Source of the DNA: Candidatus Aenigmatarchaeota archaeon
Lineage (GTDB): Archaea; Aenigmatarchaeota; Aenigmatarchaeia; CG10238-14; SpSt-28
Assembly (NCBI GenBank): GCA_025057985.1
Contig: JANXEV010000003.1
Coordinates: forward strand, 1-61,100
Direction of reading: 5' to 3'
Length of the DNA: 61,100 nucleotides
Shown here: piece after piece, positions 1-9,816 of the stretch
How the letters are laid out: the number at the start of each line of letters is the position of its first letter
Position numbering within the stretch: the first letter of the stretch is position 1
Notes under the pieces: model-generated
Told to the model about the DNA's origin: nothing
What the model saw: the letters and a program-made list of their open reading frames with translations, nothing else
Databases searched by the model: none
Translations under genes and position numbers: made by a program

Positions 1-2
1 TT

Positions 3-1331
3 TAGATCGCCATATGGAAAATACTTCTTAAAGTAATACAATGTACCGTTTGCAATTATAAACCCATCATGAGTTACTTTCGCTTGTAGATATAATGGAT
101 AACCGGAACATGTTACTTTTGTCCAATCCAAACATTCACATTTTAGAAAACCTGTCTCAACACAAACACTATTACTTTCTGCACATTTTTTATCATACGC
201 ACATTCTACATCGGTGTCCCTTTCCTTCAATTCTTTTTCTGTATAAAGACATGAGTCTCCAGAGACTTTCATAGTAGACGGATCGAATGTTATTGGTCTT
301 CCATAAATTTCACCCGGCTTTAGAAAGTTTTTTCCTAGTTCAAAGTCTGGTATTGAGAATGTTACGTTATACTTTGAAAATTTAAGATATGGTTGAAATT
401 CTTTTATAGATATAGCTCTATTTTCATCATCCGGGTCTTTATAATAGTTTATAAGAAAAATCGACTCCTTGTATTTATGGCCGGCATATAGTGTTGTAAG
501 CTTTTCGAAACCAAATTTAACGCTAACACCACCACTCAGAGGCACTTTGATCTCCTTCCCTTTAACGATTGAACTAGTTTTTTTCAATTCATCTTTACAA
601 GCGTACTTAGTGAATATATTTGATAAATATTCAACTTTATGAATAGGATGAGTATCTATACACATGTTAGCAAAAAATATAAGCGAGAATGGTATTATGA
701 AATATAAAAACGCAGTATAGAGGATAGTTGCCACAAAGAACTTGAAAACATTTTTTATAGTGGATATAAAAAAAGTGGAGATTAAACAAACGAGCATAAA
801 CGTATAAAACTGAAGGGCACCGATTTTTAAACCTATTGTTTTTTCATAGTTTGGCGACGGTAAAGACATTATGATAAACAACAGTAGCATTACTACAAAT
901 ATTTCTACAAATAGAGATACAAGCGGATTGCCGGTAAAAATTGACACTCTATAAAATAGGAGAAACGCCTGAGGAAAAAGTACGGCTAAAATAATGGTAA
1001 CAACTATTAAAACTATTACTACAATAACTATAACCCAAAATAGATTAGATATAACTGCAGGATAAAAAGCACCAACAGTAATCATCATTACTATGAAGAG
1101 TTTTGTTAAATAGTTTGTTAGTGACCCTATCAACCCACCAATATTTTTTTTGTCATTTTTCTGTAGAGCTGCCTGCATTTCTGGTATCGAAGCACCTACT
1201 AACCTTCCAGAGATCCTATTCATCCAATAAGATAAAAAATTTTTTTTTAGACCACGCTCTTTTGCCATTTGAGCAAAATATTCTCCTCTAATTTCCCACT
1301 CATCCTTTTCTTTTTCATCGTCTTTTCCCAT
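3..1331 (-). CDS. Large multi-pass membrane protein with Cys-containing extracytoplasmic C-terminal domain, 3'-truncated by the window edge
   Basis: Hand-translated: ATG at 1331 (MGKDDEKEKDEWEIRGEY...), frame open to the window edge (443 codons). Several hydrophobic segments in the N-terminal half, then a polar region with Cys residues (CLYT, ECAYDKKCA, VCVETGFLKCEC). Absent from the ORF track because no stop is in the window. Confidence 0.85.
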   Translation of the reverse strand, partial: MGKDDEKEKDEWEIRGEYFAQMAKERGLKKNFLSYWMNRISGRLVGASIPEMQAALQKNDKKNIGGLIGSLTNYLTKLFIVMMITVGAFYPAVISNLFWVIVIVVIVLIVVTIILAVLFPQAFLLFYRVSIFTGNPLVSLFVEIFVVMLLLFIIMSLPSPNYEKTIGLKIGALQFYTFMLVCLISTFFISTIKNVFKFFVATILYTAFLYFIIPFSLIFFANMCIDTHPIHKVEYLSNIFTKYACKDELKKTSSIVKGKEIKVPLSGGVSVKFGFEKLTTLYAGHKYKESIFLINYYKDPDDENRAISIKEFQPYLKFSKYNVTFSIPDFELGKNFLKPGEIYGRPITFDPSTMKVSGDSCLYTEKELKERDTDVECAYDKKCAESNSVCVETGFLKCECLDWTKVTCSGYPLYLQAKVTHDGFIIANGTLYYFKKYFPYGDL

Positions 1332-1364
1332 ATATTCTATTAATAAAAGCCGGTAATAAATTAA

Positions 1365-1871
1365 ATGGAGAATTTTTTGATTTTCGGGCTAGATCTAAAA
1401 ACAATATTGTTTAACCTTTTTTTACCAATTATCCTTTTCTATATAATACTTTACGTGTTTTTAAAGAGGTCGAAAATTTTTGGAGAAGTTTCTAACTATT
1501 ATTATTCTTTGACATCGTTAGTGCTCTCTTCTATTTCAGTTTTTTCTTTACATTCGATGGGGCTAACCTATTTGTTACCATATATGGCTGCATTTATAAC
1601 CATTACAGCCTTTTTCCTCACTTATATCTACGGTATTTTGAAACAATCCCAATTAACGATAGAGAGTATGCAGTATACATATCAGAAAATCTCCGACGAG
1701 ATTAGGATTCTTATCGAAAATTTAAAGAAAGAGACAAATGAGGGGAAAAAAGAGGTTATGAAAAGAGAGTTGAGAAAAAAGTTAGATATAGCTAAAAATA
1801 TCGCTATGAAAGAGGGTAGAAATATAGAGGGTGAAGATTGGTATAAGAAGGCGAAAGAATTGGTAGGTTGA
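1365..1871 (+). CDS. Membrane protein with TM-KIFG-TM hairpin and C-terminal coiled coil
   Basis: ORF track; about 3 TM segments followed by a charged helical tail. Confidence 0.8.
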   Translation: MENFLIFGLDLKTILFNLFLPIILFYIILYVFLKRSKIFGEVSNYYYSLTSLVLSSISVFSLHSMGLTYLLPYMAAFITITAFFLTYIYGILKQSQLTIESMQYTYQKISDEIRILIENLKKETNEGKKEVMKRELRKKLDIAKNIAMKEGRNIEGEDWYKKAKELVG

Positions 1872-1872
1872 C

Positions 1873-2118
1873 ATGTTAGAAGATATAATCATCTTACTTT
1901 TCTCTCTACTTACATTTCTGATAGTTTACGGCTTGTTAAATAGACTCAAGTTTTTTGGAAAGACGGTTAACCTAACCATATCCATAACCATTTCCATGTT
2001 TTTGCTGTTAAGTCTCTACTACTATCAACAAATAGTATTGGCTTTTTCTCTCTCAATCCTTTTTCTATTTCTTCTTTTCATTTTAGCAACCATTTTAAAA
2101 TTCAGGAAGAATATTTAG
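1873..2118 (+). CDS. Small membrane protein with TM-KFFG-TM hairpin
   Basis: ORF track; 3 hydrophobic helices; starts 1 nt after the upstream stop. Confidence 0.75.
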   Translation: MLEDIIILLFSLLTFLIVYGLLNRLKFFGKTVNLTISITISMFLLLSLYYYQQIVLAFSLSILFLFLLFILATILKFRKNI

Positions 2119-2151
2119 CTTGATTTTTAAATAGAAGAAGCAAAAAATAAA

Positions 2152-3039
2152 ATGGTAAGCGAAATGTTTGGTAGGATCATATTATTCTTTCTATTTTTCT
2201 TAGCACTTCTCCCAATCGGTCTTTCGCAATCACCAGATATAGAAGGTATTTTATCCTCACTTACAGGTGTAATCTTCATCCTCGTTTTCATCTTGATTTT
2301 ACTATGGTTAGGAGGTGTGATCAAACCAGGAGCTGGAGGTAAAATCCCATGGTTTATGGTGATTTTTGCAGTCACCATAATTCTTTTATTCGTAGTACCA
2401 CAATACGTCGGATATCCAGCCTACATTGAAGTTCCAGAAAATTTCAAGGTATATCCTTTACCAAAGTATGCTTCACAATTTCTAGAGATGCTTGGTTTGC
2501 CTTCAGATTGGATGTATATACCAGCGATAATATACTTGTTTATACTTCCATTTGCAGGAATCTACACACTAGTCTGGGCATTTCTATCCATAATAAAAAT
2601 ATTTGAAGGTTTGCCAAAGAACATAAATGTCGTCCTATCTTTTATAATCACGTTTTTAACGATCCCAGTCGGTTGGTTCGTAAAAATAGTTTGGGTAGTT
2701 TTTTCTTTTCTAGGTATTTGGAGCGTTGTTATATTTGGGGCGACATTTATTCTCGCAGTTCTCTTCAAAGGGTATGGTGTTGTAGAGAAGGAAAGATACG
2801 AGGCAATGGGTAGGAGATGGAGAGCCGAAGCTAGGAGGCACTTAGAAAACGCTTTAACTGAGATAAAAAATAGATATGCGGCAGGGGCTATCAATGAGTT
2901 GAATGCAGCAAAAAATTTTGCAGGGTTTCATTCGGATTATTATACCCAATTAAATGCGGCAGTAAATAATCTTAACCAAGCAACACCTAACTACGAAGAA
3001 GCTAAAAGAGCGATTGAACAAGCTTTGAAATATTTATAG
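2152..3039 (+). CDS. Multi-pass membrane protein with TM-KIFE-TM hairpin and C-terminal helical bundle
   Basis: ORF track; about 6 TM segments, amphipathic C-terminus. Confidence 0.8.
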   Translation: MVSEMFGRIILFFLFFLALLPIGLSQSPDIEGILSSLTGVIFILVFILILLWLGGVIKPGAGGKIPWFMVIFAVTIILLFVVPQYVGYPAYIEVPENFKVYPLPKYASQFLEMLGLPSDWMYIPAIIYLFILPFAGIYTLVWAFLSIIKIFEGLPKNINVVLSFIITFLTIPVGWFVKIVWVVFSFLGIWSVVIFGATFILAVLFKGYGVVEKERYEAMGRRWRAEARRHLENALTEIKNRYAAGAINELNAAKNFAGFHSDYYTQLNAAVNNLNQATPNYEEAKRAIEQALKYL

Positions 3040-3140
3040 AGAATCTGTAAAAAACAAGGTTATAAAAACAAAAATTCAATATTTTTATATATCTAAAAAA
3101 CTAAAGACGCAAAAAATCTAACGTGATAGGAGGTGTAAAA

Positions 3141-3428
3141 ATGCCAGAGGAAGCTAATCAACAAGAAAATGTAGTATTCATAGGCAAGAAACCGACTATG
3201 AGCTACGTCCTAGCGGTAATAACTCAGTTCACAAATGGTCAGAAAGAGGTTCACATAAAAGCCAGAGGTAGAAGTATATCAAGAGCGGTAGACGTCGCTC
3301 AAGTGATTCAAAGAAGGTTCATGCCAGATGTAAAAATCAAGAAAATAGATCTAGGGACGGAAGAGAAAGAAGTAGAAGGAAAAGGAAAACTTAACGTTTC
3401 TACGATTGACATAACACTCTCTAAGTAG
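3141..3428 (+). CDS. albA: Chromatin protein Alba
   Basis: [26 protein letters not shown] and VSTIDITL are Alba motifs. Start moved to ATG 3141, after SD GGAGGTG. Confidence 0.97.
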   Translation: MPEEANQQENVVFIGKKPTMSYVLAVITQFTNGQKEVHIKARGRSISRAVDVAQVIQRRFMPDVKIKKIDLGTEEKEVEGKGKLNVSTIDITLSK

Positions 3429-4497
3429 CCTTCCTCTTTTTTTGTTTTTTTACAAATTCAAAAATCTCCTCTATTTTATCGATTCTCATACCAGCTGCTG
3501 TAGGATGACCACCTCCTTTAGCAGAAGTATTTTCACATATCTTTTTTACCAACTTCGATAAGTCCACTTTCCTGTTCAAACCTCTTCTTACGCTAACTTC
3601 ATAAAAGCCATGTTTGTTTTTTTGTGCAATGAATATTATTTTATCCTTATACAACTTGGGAAGATAGCTGGCTAATGATGACTTTAAATTACATTTGCTT
3701 TTCAATTCGTATATTAGAAAATCACCTAAAATTACCGAATTTTCTTTTACCCTTTTTACTTCTTTTTCAAACTCCCTCTCCAGTTTTCTAAAATAAAGGT
3801 TTATTCTTTTGTCCAACAAAACATCGTTATAACTTTCAGATTCAGCCACAACTCTAGCGGCATATTCCACCCCTTTTATACCACCAAATATTCTACAACT
3901 ATCGATCATCCTTGTGATTTTACCCAATAAACTTTTTTCCATCAAAACTCTATCATCTATCTTTAAAGACCCCACCAACTCTTTTTTATACTTCCTTATT
4001 CTTAGAAACAAATCTTTGTTATATTTAGCTCCAAAATCACCTAAAGTTCCAAAACCTGCAATCCAAAGTACATTGATGTCGTCGAAAATCTTTCTGTAAA
4101 TTAACCAGTTTATGTAACTCACAGGCATGTAGACATTTTTTTTAAATTCCCTCGGGTTTACATAAACACAGTTATATTTTTTTGGTATGTGATGGTCTAT
4201 CACAAGTAGCTTAGTAACCTTAGATAGTTTTTCTATTCTCTCTTCCGGCGTGTCTCCAATGTCGACTATTACTACGTTCTCATATTTTTTTGAAACTTCT
4301 ATGGTTTTTTCGTCGACTTCAAAATTGAACTCAGAAACGATTAATTTGCCGTTAACATTCAAGCCACGCGAAATTTTATAAATCAAGGATGCGGATGCGA
4401 TACTGTCACAGTCATGTCCATAAATGATGGCGATTTCTCTCTCAGCGTTTTTCAAAAAATTTATAGCCGGTTCTACTAGTTTATCCTTCCACCCCAT
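3421..4497 (-). CDS. DHH/DHHA1 family phosphoesterase (RecJ-like exonuclease)
   Basis: HDCDS, VDIG, IDHH motifs and C-terminal GGGHPTAAG (DHHA1). Confidence 0.9.
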   Translation of the reverse strand: MGWKDKLVEPAINFLKNAEREIAIIYGHDCDSIASASLIYKISRGLNVNGKLIVSEFNFEVDEKTIEVSKKYENVVIVDIGDTPEERIEKLSKVTKLLVIDHHIPKKYNCVYVNPREFKKNVYMPVSYINWLIYRKIFDDINVLWIAGFGTLGDFGAKYNKDLFLRIRKYKKELVGSLKIDDRVLMEKSLLGKITRMIDSCRIFGGIKGVEYAARVVAESESYNDVLLDKRINLYFRKLEREFEKEVKRVKENSVILGDFLIYELKSKCNLKSSLASYLPKLYKDKIIFIAQKNKHGFYEVSVRRGLNRKVDLSKLVKKICENTSAKGGGHPTAAGMRIDKIEEIFEFVKKQKKRKAT

Positions 4498-5052
4498 TTA
4501 CAACTCTCCTAACAAAAATTTTTGTTGTTGATTAGAAAATTCAATTAGCGCAAATAATGTATCGATATAATGTAAAATCAAAGCTTCTATCGTTTTTGGT
4601 GGATTGGATGGTGTACCAAGATGTGATACAACCATATGCAGAACTTCGACCGGAAAGTCTCTTTTATACAACTCTGATAGAGCTAAAGAGGAATGATCCA
4701 AAAGTATGTCGGTTTGTTTTCCGTCTTTGAACTCATAAACTTTCATAATGTCGTGAAGAAGCGCACCAGCTATAAGGTAGTCAGTTTTAATTTCTATTTT
4801 ATACTTTTCTGCTATTACTTCGGCAAGATTTAAACAACCTTCAGTTACAGCCACAGTATGTGTTATAAGATCTCGATAAACAAAAACATTGTTGACACCG
4901 AAAGGTGTTTTTACTTTTTCCGGATCTTCTCTTTCAAGTTTAGAGAGCTCCGGATGTGTGAGCCTTATATCCTTCAAAATTTCGATGGTTTTTTCTCGTA
5001 AACTTTTATCCTTTATTTTACCAGCTAATTTTATTAAGGTTTCTATGTCCAT
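4498..5052 (-). CDS. HD-domain phosphohydrolase
   Basis: HTVAV...ALLHDIMK...H...SHLG...HYID pattern of HD metal ligands. Confidence 0.88.
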   Translation of the reverse strand: MDIETLIKLAGKIKDKSLREKTIEILKDIRLTHPELSKLEREDPEKVKTPFGVNNVFVYRDLITHTVAVTEGCLNLAEVIAEKYKIEIKTDYLIAGALLHDIMKVYEFKDGKQTDILLDHSSLALSELYKRDFPVEVLHMVVSHLGTPSNPPKTIEALILHYIDTLFALIEFSNQQQKFLLGEL

Positions 5053-5066
5053 ACTTTTTCAACTTT

Positions 5067-5354
5067 TTAGCCAAACAAGCTAGCCAAACCGGCTACTGCT
5101 TCTTCTTCTTTTTTACTTGTATCTTCTTTCACTTCTTCTTTTTTACTTTCCTGTTTTACTGATGGTTGAGCTTGTATGAAAGCTGATTGATTTATTACTT
5201 CGCTGATGTTAACGCCCTGAAGAGCTGCGACTAAAGCTTTTATTTTGTTTTCGTCTATTTCTGCTCCTGCAGCCTCCAAAACTTTTCTAATGTTGACTTC
5301 ATTTATTTCCTTTTTTGTTTCATGCAACAACAATGCCGCGTATACTTCGTTCAT
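5067..5354 (-). CDS. rpl12: Ribosomal stalk protein P1 (aL12)
   Basis: YAALLLH N-terminus and [14 protein letters not shown]-terminus. Confidence 0.97.
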   Translation of the reverse strand: MNEVYAALLLHETKKEINEVNIRKVLEAAGAEIDENKIKALVAALQGVNISEVINQSAFIQAQPSVKQESKKEEVKEDTSKKEEEAVAGLASLFG

Positions 5355-5355
5355 T

Positions 5356-6105
5356 TTATACCACCAAATTTTTTATAGCCATAGCATTCAAATATGCTTT
5401 TGAAATTAATATATTTATATTTTCTTTTGTTGGGTAATTTATGTTTACAGATAGATTCAAAGCATTTTGATATGCTCTTTTAATAATCTCCGGATACTCA
5501 AAAACTAAGTTTAAGATATCTTTCTTATAGAGTTTGTTTTCGTGTAGTATTGAAATTACATTCAACCTTACGTTTATTGGTTTTATTTTTAACTTTCTGA
5601 GTAGAGAGGCCAGTTCCTTGCTAATTTTATCACCGCTTTTTAAAACCTGGGTATCTTTTTTTACGGCTATGAATCCTCCTTCCACACCAGCCGGAATTTT
5701 TAACCTAGCAAACTCGCTTATAGAAGGACCAGCTTTTATTTGCGTTGGACCAGCATAAACCCATACATCTTTTTCTACTATATCGTCCTCTTTTGGATAT
5801 CTTTCACTACAAACACTAGAAATGAATTTAAATAGAGAAAAAGGCTCTTCGTTTGATAATATTATACCAAATTGCTTCAGGTCTAGTTCTTTTAAAAAAT
5901 CATCTTTTATACCAGCGTTCTTTAAAGAGTAAAACAGTGTACTTTTCTTTAAAACGATAACTTTGCCTTTTTCTTCTATTTTTTTCCTTATTTCTTTAAA
6001 CTCTCTTGTAGTGATTTTGTAAAGATCGAAAAAAACTAAAGTTTTATATTTTTTCAATTCTTCTCCAATTCTTCTCGCCAATTCTATTTTTTCCTCTCGT
6101 CTCAT
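5356..6105 (-). CDS. rpl10: Ribosomal protein uL10/P0, C-terminally short
   Basis: [15 protein letters not shown] and [10 protein letters not shown] motifs; lies between rpl1 and rpl12. Confidence 0.95.
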   Translation of the reverse strand: MRREEKIELARRIGEELKKYKTLVFFDLYKITTREFKEIRKKIEEKGKVIVLKKSTLFYSLKNAGIKDDFLKELDLKQFGIILSNEEPFSLFKFISSVCSERYPKEDDIVEKDVWVYAGPTQIKAGPSISEFARLKIPAGVEGGFIAVKKDTQVLKSGDKISKELASLLRKLKIKPINVRLNVISILHENKLYKKDILNLVFEYPEIIKRAYQNALNLSVNINYPTKENINILISKAYLNAMAIKNLVV

Positions 6106-6737
6106 AACTTCACCTCTACTTTGACCGGTTTGCTCATTGTAAATTTGATTAAAGCTTCTTTAATATTGTTTTTCTTCTTGGGTAACTTTTCTGAAATGAA
6201 TTTTAAAACTTCTTGAATGTTTTTTTCTATTTCTTCATCTTTCATATTTTCACTCCCTACAGGTATCTGAATGGTCGGTGCGTCTTTGATCCTTATTCTA
6301 ACACTCTTTTTTAAAGATTCTATCATCTTTTTTAAATCCCCAACAATCGGTTTCGGCGTTTTACCCCTAGGAGCGAGAAACTTACCTAAATTTTTTGTTA
6401 CAAAAGGTAGTATTTTTTGATCTGATATAAAGAAGTCAAAATTTTTAGCCAGTTTTTTGCATTCTCTTTTATTTTTAGCCAAGTTTTCCACATCCTTTGT
6501 GTTTAAAACTTCGACATTGATTATGTTTTTTATTTCATCACTAACTTCATCGCTAAAAACTACTATTTTCGCTTCCTTACCAGAGCCATAAGGAAGTTCA
6601 AATATTTCATTTATTCTATTTTCAGGTTTTTTTGTGTCAATACCTCTTAAGTTCACTATTAAATCTAATCTTTGATTGAAATTTCTCTTTTTTGCTTCTT
6701 TCCTCAATTTTTTTAAAGCTTCACTAATTTCGGTCAT
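6102..6737 (-). CDS. rpl1: Ribosomal protein uL1
   Basis: KKRNFNQRLDLIVNL, LGKFLAPRGKTP, KFTMSKPV. Confidence 0.97.
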   Translation of the reverse strand: MTEISEALKKLRKEAKKRNFNQRLDLIVNLRGIDTKKPENRINEIFELPYGSGKEAKIVVFSDEVSDEIKNIINVEVLNTKDVENLAKNKRECKKLAKNFDFFISDQKILPFVTKNLGKFLAPRGKTPKPIVGDLKKMIESLKKSVRIRIKDAPTIQIPVGSENMKDEEIEKNIQEVLKFISEKLPKKKNNIKEALIKFTMSKPVKVEVKL

Positions 6738-6758
6738 TTTGACCTCCTGCCGAAGCAG
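6732..6758 (-). promoter_or_regulatory. Tandem RNA hairpins over the rpl1 SD and start codon (candidate translational control element)
   Basis: Minus strand reads CUGC-UUCG-GCAG GA GGUCA-AAA-UGACC. Hairpin 1 (6747-6758) has a cUUCGg tetraloop; hairpin 2 (6732-6744) contains the AUG. The SD GGAGGU spans the junction. Confidence 0.55.
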
Positions 6759-6822
6759 TTGAATATAATTAGTTAGTTAGTAACAAAAGAATAAAAGCTT
6801 AACTTTTTGACCAAAGATTAGG

Positions 6823-7290
6823 TTAGAGGTTTTTTAAAAGCTCTTTCGGTTTTTTACCCTCTATCAAAATTCCAGGTAAGGTATCTATCGAACTTATAAC
6901 CATTTTTAAAACTTTATTTATATCGGTCTCTCCAAGTTGCTCTGCTTTTATCTTCGCGATTTTCTTTACTTGTTCCATCGTAAGATTGCCTAATGTAGTT
7001 TTACCTTTGGCTTTATCTTCCTCCGAGATTTTTATCAACTCTAATTTTAATTCTTTCTTTACCAAATCTGCTACGCTCGGAGGTTTTACTTTTATTTCAT
7101 ATTTTTTATTTTTTTCATCCAAAGTTATCGTAACTTCAACTCTTAATCCGGAAAATTCTTTTGTCTTTTCGTTTATCTCCTTCTGTATTTCGTTGGAGTT
7201 GAAACCCAAGCTATTAATTCTATTACTTAATTGACCTAAACTAGCTTTTCCAGCGTCGACAACTAAAGTTATCTTTTCCATAAGAATCAC
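6823..7290 (-). CDS. rpl11: Ribosomal protein uL11 (divergent)
   Basis: VDAGKA, EINEKTKEFSGLRVEV, PPSVADLVKKE, GNLTMEQVKKIAK; lies between spt5 and rpl1. Confidence 0.92.
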   Translation of the reverse strand: MILMEKITLVVDAGKASLGQLSNRINSLGFNSNEIQKEINEKTKEFSGLRVEVTITLDEKNKKYEIKVKPPSVADLVKKELKLELIKISEEDKAKGKTTLGNLTMEQVKKIAKIKAEQLGETDINKVLKMVISSIDTLPGILIEGKKPKELLKNL

Positions 7291-7784
7291 TTTTTCCTTT
7301 CTATAATTTTAATGAATTCCACAGATATTGTTATCGGTATAGGGACTGGCACTTCAAGTGGCTCTATGGTCACTTCCCTTTTTATATTATCTATTCTTGT
7401 AACTTTCCCCCTAGTGTCTTTAAAAGGCCCACTTATAACTTCAATTATATCTCCTATACCAACTTCTATTTTTGTTTCTTTCGGCTTTAAGAATTTTTCG
7501 ATTTCTTCCATCTTAACCGGAGAGGCAACAATACCCCTTATGTTTACAACGTTTCTAGTTGCTTCTCTTACATCTCTGATATCTCCTTCAACAAAAACAT
7601 AGCCTTTGATTTCTTCAGGATGCATAATAGCCTTTATCGGTATATTGTTTTTTTTAGCTCTCGAGAGTATACTGTCAACAACTACATTTTCTCTTCCGAC
7701 TATTGTTCTAACAACATAAATTTGTACGTTTTTCTTTTCTACAGTATCTAAACTTTCTGTTTGTTTGATTTCTCCTTCGACCAT
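7287..7784 (-). CDS. spt5: Transcription elongation factor Spt5/NusG
   Basis: YVVRTIVGRE, GYVFVE (NGN domain) and KOW motif GDIIEVISGPFK. Confidence 0.97.
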   Translation of the reverse strand: MVEGEIKQTESLDTVEKKNVQIYVVRTIVGRENVVVDSILSRAKKNNIPIKAIMHPEEIKGYVFVEGDIRDVREATRNVVNIRGIVASPVKMEEIEKFLKPKETKIEVGIGDIIEVISGPFKDTRGKVTRIDNIKREVTIEPLEVPVPIPITISVEFIKIIERKK

Positions 7785-7816
7785 TAAAATTGATATACTC
7801 TTAACTTTAAATCACT

Positions 7817-8011
7817 TTACCCTATGAAAAGAATGGATATGGTATAAAAAACGAAGCCTATGAAACCGATTATAGCCATTATTATTAGGCAAATTCTTAA
7901 AGTCTTTTGTAAATCTTCTTTATCAGGTTTCCTAGCGATAACTAAAACCCTTTTATAACTCTCTAAATTGTTTTTTATCCAAGTTAAAATTTTACTCAAC
8001 AACTTCAACAC
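7817..8011 (-). CDS. secE: Protein translocase SecE (Sec61 gamma)
   Basis: YKRVLVIARKPDKED followed by one TM with IIGFIGF; lies between ftsZ and spt5. Confidence 0.95.
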   Translation of the reverse strand: MLKLLSKILTWIKNNLESYKRVLVIARKPDKEDLQKTLRICLIIMAIIGFIGFVFYTISILFIG

Positions 8012-9062
8012 CCAAATAATTTTCTATTTCTTTCTTTTTCTTTAAAGTTTTTATTTTAAAATACTCAGGCTTCTCCAAACCAGTTATAACAGAAATGACT
8101 TTTAATTTTCCATCCATCTCTTTATCGATTTGCACACCCCAAATTATTTTGGCATCTTCATTTAGGTGAGAAGCAATAGTTTCTATAACCTTTTGACTCT
8201 CTTTTACTGTTAAGGATTGATCAGAAACTATATCGATCAAGGCCGCTTTTCCGTTTTTTATATCGATTTTTAAAAGCGGATGCGAAATAGCTCTGGTAGC
8301 GGCCTCTACAGATCTTTTTTCAGTTTCACTTTCTCCAATTCCGATAACACCGAATTTACCTTCTTTTAGGATTGTCTTTAGATCAGCAAAGTCCACATTT
8401 ATTAAACCAGGTCTGTTAACGACATCTATAATACCCTTTACCGCGTTTGATAGAATTTCATCAGCAAAGTTAAAAGCTTCAGCCAAAGTTAAGTTTGGGA
8501 CTATCTCGAGCAATCTCTCGTTTTGTATAACTATGAGAGTGTCTACATATTTTTCTAGTTCCTCAAGCGCGATTCTAGCATTTTCAGCTCTATGTCTTCC
8601 CTCCATGAAAAACGGTAAAGTCACGATAGCAACACTTAAAATATTCATTTCCTTAGCTAGACTGGCCACAAGAGGAATTGAAGAAGAACCTGTCCCTCCA
8701 CCTAAACCCGCCGTCAAAAATAAAAGATCAGCCCCTTTTATAACGTTTCTTATTTCTTCTTTTTGCTCTTCGGCAGCTTTTCTACCGACTATTATATCGG
8801 CGCCAGCTCCAAAACCTTTGGTCGTTTCCTTACCTATCAGTATTTTTCTGTTGGCCGATGAATAAAGAAGATCTAAAGCATCTGTATTTATGGCAATCGT
8901 TTCTACGTTTGGAAAATTCATTTCAGTTATTCTGCTTATAGCATTCGATCCTGCACCGCCACAACCAACTACCTTTATTTTTACTTTAGCCTTTTCCGCA
9001 AATTTTTTTATTTCTTCATCTTCCTTACATTTTGAAGTACCCACAGAGTTTCTTATTGCCAT
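7992..9062 (-). CDS. ftsZ: Cell division GTPase FtsZ
   Basis: VVGCGGAGSN, INTD, GLGGGTGS and NVDFADL (T7 loop). Confidence 0.98.
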   Translation of the reverse strand: MAIRNSVGTSKCKEDEEIKKFAEKAKVKIKVVGCGGAGSNAISRITEMNFPNVETIAINTDALDLLYSSANRKILIGKETTKGFGAGADIIVGRKAAEEQKEEIRNVIKGADLLFLTAGLGGGTGSSSIPLVASLAKEMNILSVAIVTLPFFMEGRHRAENARIALEELEKYVDTLIVIQNERLLEIVPNLTLAEAFNFADEILSNAVKGIIDVVNRPGLINVDFADLKTILKEGKFGVIGIGESETEKRSVEAATRAISHPLLKIDIKNGKAALIDIVSDQSLTVKESQKVIETIASHLNEDAKIIWGVQIDKEMDGKLKVISVITGLEKPEYFKIKTLKKKKEIENYLGVEVVE

Positions 9063-9084
9063 AAATTATTTTAATCCATAGAAA

Positions 9085-9768
9085 TTATTTTTTCTCAAAA
9101 GTTTCCGAGAACTTAACTCTTTTTATTTCAGTCAGCCATTTGAAAATTGTTTTTAAAATTTCATCCTTCATTTTAGAATTAACTCTAATTTCCTTAATTT
9201 CTATTTCTAGTTCGTTTCCGTTTATTTTCACTTCTACAGTTCTTTCGTCCAAATTTGCGAAATACTTTAGTATGGCGTATATTTTTTCTTTCAAATCTAC
9301 TATTAACTTAGTAACTTCGACTTCATAAACCAACGTTTTTCCTGCTAGAGGATGGTTAAAATCTACTTTTACTCTACCACCATTAACACTAATTATTCTC
9401 CCACTGATTCCATTAACTGTTATATACTCTCCTACTCTTGGTTCTATATTTTGTTTCCTAAACTCTATCTCTGGGAAAGTTTTTATTAATTCATCTCTTC
9501 TCTCGCCAAAAGCTTTGGCAGGTTGTATCTCTACGGTTTTTTTCTCACCAACATTCATTTTTTCTATTTCTTCTTCCAATCCAGGTATGATAAAATTCGC
9601 GCCTATTATTATCGGAATATCACCGTACCTAACTTCTGGATTGTAAATCCCTTCTTTTTTTGCTACTTCTTCGTCTGTTAAGTCAAATATCTCCCCACTT
9701 TCTTTTATCCTTCCAACATATCTTATGTATACAAAATCTCCCTTTTGCATCTTATTAATTGACTTCAA
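9085..9768 (-). CDS. slyD: Long-type archaeal FKBP peptidyl-prolyl isomerase (SlyD-like)
   Basis: [39 protein letters not shown]. Confidence 0.95.
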   Translation of the reverse strand: MKSINKMQKGDFVYIRYVGRIKESGEIFDLTDEEVAKKEGIYNPEVRYGDIPIIIGANFIIPGLEEEIEKMNVGEKKTVEIQPAKAFGERRDELIKTFPEIEFRKQNIEPRVGEYITVNGISGRIISVNGGRVKVDFNHPLAGKTLVYEVEVTKLIVDLKEKIYAILKYFANLDERTVEVKINGNELEIEIKEIRVNSKMKDEILKTIFKWLTEIKRVKFSETFEKK

Positions 9769-9816
9769 ACTTATAAAGGTTTAATTTTTTTAAACTTTCA
9801 AAATATAACCTTTAAG

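Noticed and set aside
1140-1250. Phase variation at T8/T9 tracts in the first gene
   Set aside because: Such homopolymers are common in Lys/Phe codons throughout the window, and the frame is intact.
3070-3097. dif-like half arm (ATATATCTAAA) upstream of albA
   Set aside because: No matching left arm; more likely promoter sequence.
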